A DNA stretch of 61,755 nucleotides, the filler included, from Nemertoderma westbladi (taxonomy: Eukaryota > Animalia > Xenacoelomorpha): NCBI GenBank assembly GCA_032718475.1. It is 3 parts of 3 records of this genome, joined end to end, with 100 filler letters (N's around TTAATTAATTAA, not from the genome) between each part and the next. Parts side by side here need not be neighbours in the genome. Positions count along the whole stretch, not along the records: positions 1 to 22,310 come from JAUCBJ010003152.1; 2 more parts are not named here. One strand, written 5' to 3'. Made by a program: the position numbers and the translations under genes. The notes under the pieces were generated by a model that was not told the origin of the DNA, did no database searches, and worked only from the letters and a program-made list of their open reading frames with translations. Shown here piece after piece: positions 1-12,390 of the stretch; position 1 is the stretch's first letter, and every line of letters begins with the position of its first letter.

Positions 1-3000
1 GGTACCGTCACTCGGTGTAACGTGATATATACGCAATATATTAGAATACCGGTATGCTTATAATATATAAGTATTATTACAGACTAGATTTGTCACAGAG
101 TACCGGTATAATTTTAGCACAAATATATATATATATAGTAGGCCTATAATGAATACCGGTATACAGCTTACACTTACTGCATGTAAGTATAATTATGAAC
201 TAGAATTAATTACAGAGTACCGGTATGATTTCAGCTCAAATTTATAGAAATAAATATAATAAGCCTATGGTAAGTACCGGTATGTCAATTATTTTTAGAA
301 TAATTGAATTCCTGAATATTTTAGGGTTACTTAGTTACTTTAACTTACTTTATTACCGTTATTTAAGCAGTAGTCCAACTGATAGTGAGACCTAGTTGTC
401 GTATGGCAGGCCTACTATTTATAAATCGTTGGGTTGATTTATAATATTTATATACCCGTTACATGGGTTTTTGTCAATATTTGAAATAAATGTTATTATT
501 TCTGGGGGAGTCACTACACAGAAGCTGAACGCTCTCAGTGAAGTGCTATTTATTTGACACTAAAACTGATAATTCTAATTTACCTAAGTTACTTAATACT
601 ACAAATTACTTACGATACGGGTGAGATCAATTCTCTAATTAAACACAACAAAATATTACGTACGAAATTTTTAGGGTAATTTTACAGGAAGTCTACAAAC
701 CAGTCCAACAAAGGGTTAGATTTCTGGCTATTACAAAGGACAGGGTACTACGGTATTTAAATAATAAGTAGTAGTAAATATATTGTACTGTCCAGATAGG
801 AAAATACCACCGCCTGACGACCTATAACCGTATCGCTATAGGTACTACGTTATGTATCACGGATTGTTCCTACCCGGAAGCTAATAGAGCTAACGAATGT
901 GCCTATCAACCACTTTACAACACAAATATACTGCCTACACTAATTACTTCGGATAGCACTGTACACTAAACCCTAAATTAGGTACAAGTACCGGTATAAC
1001 AAATAATCAGTAGTTAAATATACTTGAACAGTTAAAAGAACCACGGCATCTGCTGGAGTGACCGAAGCACAAAGTCGTCAGTCTTTACCTACGCCAAGCA
1101 GCCCTGATGTAGTACCGGGGTTAGTTTAACTATAACGGTATGTGTAACAAACACAATTACTGTAGGAATAAACTTGGGGACATGAATGTTGCGAATAATC
1201 GCATAAACTCTGAATAATAAATATTACGCTACCCGCACAGAATACTCAAACAAATACAAACCAAAACGCTGGCAGACTACTATCAAGCCTAAACAAACTA
1301 CAGTATGTGCAGATTCTGAAACTGTTAGTCAGTATGCGTTCTAACACGGTAGTACGACTTACTCTTTAAGAGGGGATTGACCTTACCGCTTATGGCTGCC
1401 CCAACTTACTAACGGCACTTGATCAGACCAGCTCTACACACACAGCAATCCCTTCAGACCCAAAAATAGCCAGACAACAATCCAGCCTACAAATATTTGA
1501 GTAATAACTATTACGGTACCTGAACAGACCACACAAACAAACACAGGCTAAAACACTGGCAGACTACGATCAAGCCTAGATAAACTACAGTATATGCAGA
1601 CTCTGAAACTGTTAGTTAGTATGCGTTCTAACACGGTAGTACGACTTATTCTTTAAGAGGGGATTGACCTTACCGCATATGGCTGCCCCAACTTACTAAC
1701 GGCACTTTATCAGACAAACTCTACACACGCCGTAATCTCTCCAAACTCAACAACAGTCAGACAGCAGCTCAGCCTACAATTATCTGAACAATCTGAGCAG
1801 ACTTACACGTCTTCAGCTCAATATTAACTTACTAGGAAATAAAACCGACAGAAATAAGTAAGCTCCAAAAGAAACAAGGGGTGTACAGTCCCTAATCTCT
1901 TAGACAGCCTACCGGTATACAATAATCAAAATCGAATAATACTAAATGTACTTGTACAGCAGTACCGGTACCGGTGATGACAGTTAGGCCTACTGACCTA
2001 CAAAGTACCGGTTCAGTTTTACCGGTCACTACGGTATTTTGCAACCTTATTGCCTACTGCAATAAGATTTTAAACTGTTACTGTTCGACAGAACAGTATT
2101 AAACTGTATTTAATGCCTACACTTGCAACCTTATTGCCTACTGCAATAAGATTATAAACTGTTACTGTTCGCGCTTTTGAAGACCTTTAGCAGTTTAACC
2201 TGCCAAAATTTATATGTCTTCTAGTTAATTAAAACCACTTTAGCATACGACAATATTTTATGCTAATACGCAAAACATTAGCCGAAGTCAGCCCATGCGC
2301 GATCATTCACCCGATGGATCTACACCCGGGAGACTGAATTCGGATGCTTGAATTGTATTATTACAGTGTAAGGTTGCAGTGTATACCTAATGTATTATTC
2401 GATAGATCGTTAATAATTAATCTCTGACAGATATTATTGGCTTTCGGGAAATATTAACAGTTCCTTTAGGACGTGGCGCTTTATCTATTTAAACAGAACT
2501 AGGACTTATACTAAACGCAACGATACTGCTTATGATTAAAGTATAAAGCGTATTCTTTAGGAAATACTTTGTTACCAATCACAATCATACACACTATTCT
2601 GCCGACCGTCAGTATATTTGATCACACATAAAGAGAGCAGCAATTGACTCACGTAGGGTCTGCTAAATAACATTGGATTCAATACACACCACATTAATAT
2701 AAATCGCAATTGTTATGTATAGCCGGTCTCTCTAACCTGTAGTGTATCAAGAAAATTGGGAATTTGGGTGATTTATCCGTATTATCCAAATAGCAATATT
2801 TCCATCAACAAATAGGTACAATTAATAACTGATGGTAAAATAACAGTACAAACAATATGATTAATGCAATTAAATTAAGTGAGTTAAGTGAGTTTCATTA
2901 GATTGATTAATTAGGTAACAGTTTATACTTTCGATAATTCAAGCAGTTTACTAGAGTTCTTCCCAAAAAGCCGGTGTTTCTGGCTTAGACAGCAATAACA

Positions 3001-3406
3001 ACAAAGTATCAAGTAAAAAACAGTAAGACTGAACACTCTCCTTATGATCGACTAAAAAGCTACACGTCGACAGGAAAAATCGCTCTGATTGGCTCAAGCC
3101 AAACAAAGAACCATACATCCAATGGCTGTTTCCATGTCAGCAACCAGCTGTTAGATGTCGTAATATGAATCATCACGGCTAAGCTGTGAAAGGTAGTTGG
3201 TGCATTACAGGTTTTTTGCCTTACCATGTCCGCCAAAACACGTATATAGCAGAATTACTTTTATGTCCGTTAAAACACCTGTAAAGGTACCTTGCGGGCG
3301 AGGGGAATATATATACAGTCAGAGAACCCTTTTAGAGTATTCCAGCGCCTGGGGGGAACTGGCCAGCAAAGGCAAACGTATCAGTTATCCCACAAAAGCT
3401 TTTACA
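1..3406 (-). mobile_element. BEL/Pao LTR retrotransposon A: 5' LTR plus long leader; coding part lies left of the window
   Basis: The reverse complement aligns colinearly, with clear divergence, to 5977-8790 of element C. Both copies start TGTAAAAGCTTTTG (minus strand at 3406) and homology stops there. Candidate LTR 3' end ...AGACA at 2215. Confidence 0.75.
1240..1790. repeat. Tandem duplication, ~287-bp period, in the leader of element A
   Basis: CTGGCAGACTAC..TCAAGCCTA...CAGCCTACAA occurs at ~1269 and ~1556. The equivalent region of C (~7370-7640) has one copy. Confidence 0.85.
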
Positions 3407-5976
3407 GAAGACGATGTCGTCCAGGTACCGGTATTGCTCAATCTCGATCTTTGTAGGTCGCCTGGCATTGATGTTGATCAACTATTATTTTTATGGGTTC
3501 GATCGTAGCCCCATAGTCGCACCCTGGTGTTATCGCTTTGATTCCATACCTTCCCGCCCTCATCTTCATGACCTCGTTTTTACTTGAGATCATAGTCACC
3601 GCATTTTACTTGGCCTGGTTTGTAATCCTATCTTCTCGGCCACCCAACTCTCCGTTAGCGTGATCGCTGCTCATCTATCGACCAACATTAGTGTTGTAAC
3701 CGATAGCCCGTTCTCTCCTATTATCCTCACTGGTACTACTCCGAGTAGTACTGTTCTCTTCCTCCTTACTCCCGTGGTGCTTGTCGCCATTGTCTGGCCT
3801 CCAGTTCCATCAGTCTCGGTATATTTGATCGGTGGTTCTTGACATTCATCCTTTCTGTGTCCTCCTACCGCACATCGATGATATAGTCCATTCTTACCAG
3901 TGTAGGCTATCCGATCTTGTTTAAGTAACGCCTGCCAATTCTTACAGTCTATGGTCTTATGAGTCCCGTTTCTATGCAATTGACATTTGTAATCGGGGTT
4001 GTAGCATTCCTCATATAGCGCTTCACGTATTGCGCTTAGATTCATATCTAGTGGTTTGGTGTTTTGGTTGCTTGGACTCAGCCTACTGGGGGTATTGGGT
4101 TTGTATCTATTGGTGTTGTTACTTTGTTTCTGTCCCTGCCACGATGTGGCTCTACTCCCAGGGCTCTGTGGACTTGTAGTCCCCTGTGTGGCCGCATGCG
4201 GTAGCGACTGCCTCACTTTCGGAAATGCATCCACCGGACTATGTTCCGGTTTAGGTCGGCTGCATTCCGCTTTCGGTACCTTACCGAGACTTTCCTCACT
4301 ATAAACTGGATCCGTTATTAACTCCGCCTCATAGTTACGGAAGTTCGACATCTCCTCCAACCCTGGCTCTGCACCTTTCTTCTCTCATGTGGAGAAAGTG
4401 ATCTTTCTCCATTTGTTCCTTAACCAAATCGGTAGTGCCTGCGCTATCATGGTGATGTTGTTCGATGCATTGAGTTTGTAAGTTGCATCCACTATTAGTG
4501 CTTTTTCTACTTTGTTAGCGAAAGTCTTGATGCTAACGGGGTTATCTGCGAGTCCGCCTGATGTTATTCACCTTAAGGTTTGTTGGATAATCTTCGCAGG
4601 ATGGCCAAATTCCCTGTCCACGGCTCTCCATGCGGTCGTGAATCCTCCTTCAATACCTTGGTATTGCCTCACGATGTTGTAGGCTGGCACCCTTGTATAG
4701 ACTTGTAGATATTTAAGGCACTCCATCTGTGTGAGATTTTTCGTCAAAATCTCGTTGCTGTACATCCTCCGGAACTGTAGATATTCTTCCGGCTTGCTAC
4801 CATCAAACTTAAAAGGCTCCACAGGTGGCAGCTCAATTCTAGTTTTCAGCGTGTCAGTGAGTGTTGCAATTCCCATCGCTTGAACTTCCACCGCGAACGA
4901 CGGCAGGGATGCAGGCTCCCTCAATGTTGGCTGTGCTTCGCCTCTTGGGTTCATCGACTTTCCCTGAGTGGGATATATCATCGGGGGTAGCGGTCCCCTC
5001 CATATCTCTGTATCACACGATCTATTTGGATCTGAGGGGGTCGGGGTTTTAATTTTGGTTGTGCGTATTGCGGATACAGTAATGGGGGAATGTCACCCTG
5101 TCCCCCCCCCCCCCCCCCCCACCGATGTTATATTTGGTACTGGGGTAGATGTCATTATATTGGGGCCCATACACCTATCTGCAATACCCCCTTTCCCCTG
5201 GGTATGTATTATATCCCTGCATAATACAGTCCTACTGGTGTGCAGGTACGGGTATAGGCCTACCAGGTTCCTGCCTACTCACCAGTATGTAAGTTGTGAC
5301 CTCCGGGTCCAATCCCAGCATTCGCGCTACCCTATCACCTACACTATCTCTCCCAGCATGGCCTATAGTGTGCAGTAAGGCCTACAGTATATCCTGCAGT
5401 CTGCCTGTGTCCCTCCGGATCGAAGTTTAGTTTTCTCGAATATTCCGAGAACTCCTCCCCATGACTACCATATCGTCGATCAGTAGCTACGTTCCGACAG
5501 GAAGTTTCTCTCCGATCCCTTCCTCTATCTTCCTCCTTGTACCAGTACACTCTGTACCCCTCACCCGGTGTGTGATATTTCGCCAGGTTGTGTTTCTCCG
5601 GGTCGACGGCAATCTCCCGAAGTACGACCCCACTGGATCTCTCCCTCTAATTCGACTATAGACGGTTCGCTGTCCATCTGGTCTCGATGTCTCTGGTTGC
5701 CCATAGCAACATTTCCTCCTTCGGTGTTATATCCTCCTTCATGAGGTCTCATCGTATCGACCTCCCAATGAACTCTACTGTTCTCCTCCCATCCTCCGAG
5801 TGGGCTCGAAGTTTTCTCGTTTGGCCGCTTACGGCACCAACATCCCTCCCTCTACCCGGTTGTATGGTCTCGCGGATATTCGTTGCCCTTCTATTATCCT
5901 CCGTCGTCGGGTGCCACGGTTCACTTAACTCACCGCGCGCATTATCCGCCGACGCTCGTGGGGCTTCTACTGCCCC
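3407..5976 (-). pseudogene. gag: BEL/Pao gag-protease remnant (element B), broken by stops and frameshifts
   Basis: ORF 4568-4981 has the BEL gag core (LPPVEPFKFDG..EYLQF...LKYLQ...AW..VDREFGHP). ORF 3671-4360 has Zn knuckles CQLHRNGTHKTIDC and CAVGGHRKDEC, followed by protease-like VLLGVVPVRI...LMLVDR*AAITL. Confidence 0.8.
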
Positions 5977-7071
5977 TGTAAAAGCTTTTGCGGACATAAC
6001 AAGTCATTTTTACGAAATGCGCAGAATACTCTAAAATAGCCCTAAAATTGTTCAACTACGCCTCGGACAGAAATTAGAACCGAGATGACGAAATCTGTCA
6101 GCTGATTCTTTATGTATGTGGAGATTTCTTTGTTCAAGCTTATTCAGCCAATCAGAGCAATCTTCCTAGTTATATCAGTAGAGACCTACCTGAGAAAACT
6201 AGCACATGCGCATTTAGTTATCGTTTTTCTGAGAATTAGATTCCTCTCAGAATTCTGTACTAAGTACGGTCGTTTCAGACTTTGGCCCAAGAACATCTGA
6301 TGGCCTTAGTTATAAGAACGTAAATCTATTAACGAACAAACCACATCGGCATATCTGGTCATACACTTGTCATACTGGAACACTGGACTTCATGAACACA
6401 TACTGACTGTTCACCACACTGTTTTAATTCTGTTTTATATTGTGTTAATTGCTGTTTATATTAATGGATGTTATATTTGAAGAATACCGATAAATAATCG
6501 TAAACCCCCTCAATCTTCTTGATTACTGAGGTAAGCGGAGGAAGAGTTTACCGGTAGCAACTGTGACTCAAATTATAGTGGTTTTTGTGTGAATTAAATG
6601 TTATTTCATAATCCCTACGTGTGTCAGTTGCAATCGTCCTTATATATGATCAAAATCAGTGACTGTCGGCAAATTAGTGTGAATTAGTGTAAATTAGTGT
6701 GAAGTAGTGTGAAGTCGTGTGAAGTCGTGTGAAGGTTAATAAAGCATCTCCTAAAGAATGCGCTATTTACGAAACTCTGTGGCCATCTAGTTGTGATTAG
6801 TGTAAGTCATCACTCTGTTTTTATACTTAAAGCGCCACGTCCCAAAGGAAATGTTAATATTTCCCCGAAAGTAAATATAGTTGTCAGAGATTATATAGTA
6901 GCGATCAATCGAATAATACAAGTAGCCTACACCGCAATAACTTCCTCTGGAACCCGAATCCAGTCTCCCGCACCGTGGGTTATACGCCGCGCACGGACTG
7001 GCTTCGGCAGATGTAAATTCAGTACACCAGGTAATTGGTACGGGCAAAGTCGATTCATAATCAAAAGGACA
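5977..7071 (+). repeat. Candidate 5' LTR of element C
   Basis: TGTAAAAG start shared with A; CCAAT box near 6148; AATAAA near 6738; ends ...GGACA before a conserved TGG motif. The 3' boundary is inferred. Confidence 0.5.
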
Positions 7072-8871
7072 TTTAAAATTGGCAGGTTAAACTGCTAAAG
7101 GGCTAAAAGCACGAACATTAATAGATTTTGATTCTTTATTGCTCAGTAGACAATAAACCCAAAACGTACCGGTAGGATGGTAGACTGTAGGCCTAGTAAC
7201 CCGAACCGGTACTTACCCAGTATTATTTGATTGTGATAATTATATACCGGTAGGTCTTAATATTTAATCAGGGACTGCAGCCCTGGTTTTTATTAGGATT
7301 TTACTTATTTCTGTCAGTTTTATTTATCTGTAAGTGTAATATTGAGCAGAAGGCGTGTAAGCCTGCTCAGATTGAATAAATAATTTGTAGGCCGGATTGT
7401 TGTCTAACTGTTGTTAGGTCTGAGGCGATTGCAGTGTATGTAGAGTGTCTGTCCGATAAAGTGCTAGTTAGGAAGGTGGAGGCATCCAGTGCTGTAAGGT
7501 AAATCCCTCACGAAAGAATAAGTTGTACTACATAGTTGGAACACTTACTAACTAACCATTTCGGAGATTACATATACTGTAGCTTATTTAGGCTTGACAG
7601 AAGTCTTCCAGCATTTTGTCTGTCTGCCAGCCTGTGTTTTATTTGTATAGTCTGTACGATACGGGTAGCGTAATATTTATTATTCAGAGTTTATGCAAGT
7701 ATTTGCAACCTTCATCTCCCCAAGTTTATTCCTTACAGTAATTATGCTTATTATGCAGACCGTTATAGTTAAATTAACCCCGGTACTACTTCAGGACTGC
7801 TTGGCGTAGGACAGACTGGTGATTTTGTGCTCCGTTCACTCCAGCAGATACCGTGGTTCTTTTGGCTGTTCACGTATATTTAACTGCTGGTTATATGTTG
7901 TATAAGTACTTGTACCTAATTTAGGGTTTAGAGTACAGTGCTTTCCTGAAAGTTATTTAGTGTGTAGGCAGTATATTTGTATTGTAACGTGGTTAATAGG
8001 TCCGTTAGCTCAGGTTGGCTTCAATAATTCACCTCTAGGTTTAGGACACTCCAGGTACATATCGTAGTGCTTATAGTTTAAGACTATAAGCTGTCAGACG
8101 GTGGTATTTCCTTATCTGGACAACGCAACATACTTAATACTACTTTATTGGTTTCAAATACTGTAATTTCCTGTCAGTTTGTAAGAACCAGAAATTCTAA
8201 CGCCTTGTTAGTCTGGTTCGTAAATTTATTGTTAAATTACCCTAAAAAATTGTACGTGTAACTTGTTTATTGTTTATTTAGAGATTGTGTAATCTCAACC
8301 CGATACGTAAGTAATTTGTAGTGATAAGTAACTTAGTTAAGTAGAATTATCAGTATTAGTGTCTAACAAGTAGCACTCCACTGAGAGCGTTCAGCCTCTG
8401 TGTAGTGACTTCTTATACAGAAACAATAACATTTATTTCAAATATTGTCAAAACCCATTACAGGTATATATATATACATTTACAAATTAGTAGGCCTGTT
8501 ATATATCAATTAGGTCTCAATATCAGTTGAACTACTGCTTAAAATCAGTAATAAAGTAAAGGGAAGTAATCCCTAAAATTCAGAAAATGAGTTATTATTA
8601 AATAATTGACATTACCGGTAGTTACGGTAAGCTTATTATATATATAATAAATTAGGCTAAACTTATATACCGGTATTCTGTGACTGATCCTAGTCTGTAA
8701 TAATACTGATATATATACTATAGGTGTATACCGGTATTCTAATATTAGATATATACCACGTTATATTGAATAGCGATATCAGTAACTACTAGACGGACAG
8801 TTGATACTGATTTCCCCTAGACTTTCTTTAACTGTCATTATAGTAGTAGGTATTCAACTGTTAAATAAATT

Positions 8872-11800
8872 ATGTCTGACACAAAACAAACACTGTCAGA
8901 TAGTCTCTTAGAAAGAACGATCTGTGACCCAGATCAAAGTATGGAACATCCTAGACCGAAGTATAAGTCCCCTCCTACTGTAAGAAAGGTTATCCCTACA
9001 GTAGTGGTATCGGACCCTAGGCTAGTAAAGCACCATAGGTCTATTATAGGCACTAGGGCTCAAGTTAAGCGAGACCAAGCTATGGCTGCAAAACAACAAC
9101 AGTTCCCAAACCAAGAACTTATTTCTCAACTGCGTAGTAACTCTAGTTCCGACACCGAAGAGTTAACGCCCGAGATCGGAACAAGGATGGAAGAAGCGGT
9201 TTATCCAGACCCACTTCTAATTCTTCCTGGGGCAGTACTCAGTAGAGTACTTATAGCTGTAGCAGAACATCAAGCGGATTGGATGAGAAATAAGAGATCG
9301 ACCAGGACAGTTATACAGGATACCCGATGGAAGAACTAAGGTCTATTGTAGAGACTCAATGGAACTTCCCCGGACCCGGACTCCCGTTTAACTTATCGGA
9401 AGCTGCCTGGGAAGATTTATACCAAATGGGGGTAGTGAGAGACACTAGAGATCCCGCTGTATGGAAGAGGTCAGCAGCAGGAAATGTCCAGGGATTCTTC
9501 AATTCCTTGGAAAAAATAGAAATCCAATTATTTCAACAACCTCAGGGACCTCAAGAGCAGGGAGAGCTGCTTTACCAAGTGAGAGAGCGTATCTTGAGGA
9601 TCAGGTTAATCCTTTCAGCCTTTGAAGAGGCCTCGAAGAGAAGTCAAGACACGTCGTTACAGGTGGCTGTAAAGACTTGGTTCCAACGAGTGAATGTTAA
9701 AGTCCAGGGAACAACACAATGGAGGGTTCAGTTAACTGAACGCATAACCCACGGAGAATCAACCGATGCAACTTTTTCTCATGTGGAAGGCGAGGCGGTA
9801 TCTGAAAAACCTAAGAAGAAGGATGCTATTGACATCTATCTGTCGGATTATCAACGATTTATATGTGACAAAGAGCTAAGGACACGGCTAGCTGGACTTC
9901 ACCCCAATAGTGAAGGAGCCAAATTTATTTTGGACTCTTTAGATGCGGAGATATTAGCCACGGAGCAGGCTAAATTTGATGAAAGTATTCTCATCGCAAT
10001 GGACAAAGAAGAACAAATAAAGAAAAAACAGATAGAAGACCGAAAGGTAGCAGCGGCAGTGGCAGCGGCAGAGGCTGAAAGAAAAGAGGCAGCGGCAGCG
10101 GCAGCAGCAGAAGCTGAAAGAAAAGCGGCAGCGGCAGAAGCTGAAAGAAAAGCGGCAGCAGCAGCGGCAGTGGCAGAAGCAGAACGGAAGGCATCTGAAG
10201 CGACAGTACAGCTAGAGTTGGAGAACCTTCAGGCGAAACAAGATTACTTAAATAAACAAAGAGCAGCTACTCAGATGCAACTACTGAGTCGATCTACTCC
10301 CAGAAGGCAGGGATTTACCTCCTCGGATGAAGCTGATACAACTGATCCCGAGGGTAAAGGTAGTAAATCTCATTCAAACGGATGTAGAAGAGCGCCCCAC
10401 AGGCATAAGTTACCTAACTTACCCCCTGCGGTGAGAAGGGAGTGTAATGAAGAGGGAGTAATAGAGAGCCACAGCCCAAATTATAAGAGTAGAAAGACTC
10501 CATACTATAGTAGATGAGCCAGAAATAATTAGGCCTGTTAGCGAAGCCACTCCCTTAATAGAGACCCGTTTACTTCCAGAACCTAACTCTAAATTCCCTT
10601 TACACAGTACCAAACTACCTGTGCCCAGTAGACAACTGCCAGAATCTCAGACAGCCATGGACACCGAGCAAGAAATAATAAATAGATTGTCTCCCATCGT
10701 CCCGATGTGCCATCCAGCTACGACGTTGGCAACTCCCGCCTCCGCGGTTGAGTGGATGGACGAGGGACGACGGGGGATGGAGCAGTTGCTCGGACAACTC
10801 GAAGACAATAAGATCAAGTCTTCCAAGCAAGTCCTAGAATTGGAAGGGACTGTTCAGCTGTTAAAGGGAACAGTAAGAGAGAGTAGGTTAGAGCTGCAAG
10901 AAGTACAGCAAAATATCGCTCTCGAGCGCGATAAATTAGTAAGTCTACAAATGGGTATACCACCACCCTCTGTAACAATGTGTCAGCCTGTTAGGTCTGA
11001 AGTATTTCATGCGCAAGGTGTAGAAACTCCAATAGTAAACCCTATTAAGGGTATTAATAAGCATGTTGATAATGATATCCCATACTGATCTGATAATAAT
11101 CCGAGAAATTTATATACCGATAATTCGATATTAAATAATACGATGGCTCAAGAAAGTTTTACACATCAGATGGCTAGAACGGAAGCCCGTCAAGCGGTAA
11201 AGGTGGGAGAGGTCGTCAAGTTCAATGGAGATGAGATGAAATGGTTACCTTTTACTGAATATTACAAAGATAACATACAGAACTCCGTACTATCCAGCGG
11301 AGAAAAACTACGATTCCTCATTGAGTGCTTGGAAGGACCTCCCAAGTTAATGGCGTTAAAGTTTATTGGACATCCAGACAGATTGAGACAAGTTTGGGAT
11401 ACGCTAAACATCAGGTATGGTAATAGGACTAACATAGCTAGATATCTGTATGTGAAATTAGTAGCGCCCCGAAAGTTTCTTAGCAGCGGGATTATAGAGT
11501 TTTCCGATGAGATTTAGGAGATCTGTAAACAGCTAGACTGGTTGGGTAAGTCTCAGGAATACCAGAGTTCTATGGTTGTAGGAGCCGTAGCATCAACTTT
11601 GCCAAAGGGTGGAGTAGGTACTCGCTGGGACAAAAAGGTTCTCTATCTGATGGACCAACAACATAGAGACCCTACAATGGCTGATCTCATGTCGTTCTTA
11701 AACGGAGAGGTAAGATTACAGCTCCTAAAACAGTCTAGAGAGAAGACACCGGAAAGTAAGGTAATTGAAAAACCCGTTACTAGGAGAAAGGTAACACCAG

Positions 11801-12390
11801 TGTGTTATACAGATGATGACGAAAGCCAAACGTCACATGACGAGAACAGTGGCAAGGACACCGAGAGATCTTACTATGTAAACAAAGTTAGGAAAGACGT
11901 AAGTAAATCTAAAGCTCGAACCAGTGACAAGAGAGAACAGGTAACAACTCCCCCTACGTCTCCCAAAAGAATTCATGGAAGGAAGCCCGAAGAAAGAGCT
12001 AGCGTACAAAATACGACGCAGGTTAAGGTAAGTAACATCAAACCTAAGTGTGTATTGTGCGACGGGCCGCATCGCTTGAGTGGGTGTGAAGAATTCTTAA
12101 AGAAATCATTGAAGGATAGACGTGATGTCATGTGGGATAAACGGTTGTGCTATAACTGCCTCAGGCGAGGACATCAACGAAGAACCTGTTACTCAGACGC
12201 GAGGTGTGCTAAGTGCAGCGCGAAACATCATATTTTGCTTCACACCGAATTTGATAGTACCCGGACGAGTCACGTAAGTGAGCCCGAACTACATGTCCAA
12301 TTCAGTGATGTGAACGACACTGACCACAGTTCGGAGATGGAAGGATTCTACACCGATGAATTTTCGACGAAAATGAATCCTGTTATATGA
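8872..12390 (+). pseudogene. gag: gag of element C, split into ORFs 8872-9339, 9327-10517, 10621-11088, 11143-11517 and 11542-12390
   Basis: BEL gag core KFNGDEMKWLPF...EKLRFL...WDTLNIRYGN and BEL Zn knuckles CVLCDGPHRLSGC, CYNCLRRGHQRRTC, CAKCSAKHHILLH. The last three ORFs are in frame, separated by single stops. Contains an (A)nEAERK coiled-coil repeat at ~10045-10200. Confidence 0.9.

Noticed and set aside
1-8790. Giant terminal inverted repeats of a DNA transposon or Polinton
   Set aside because: The arms are diverged, lead outwards into a BEL gag, and enclose no transposase, polymerase or capsid gene.
3407-12390. A single element with two divergent gag genes around a bidirectional promoter
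   Set aside because: Homology between A and C stops exactly at a shared TG terminus (3406 and 5977), so B is better explained as an older element hit by two insertions. The ATG of ORF 5749-5997 lies inside the LTR of C, so that ORF is chimeric.
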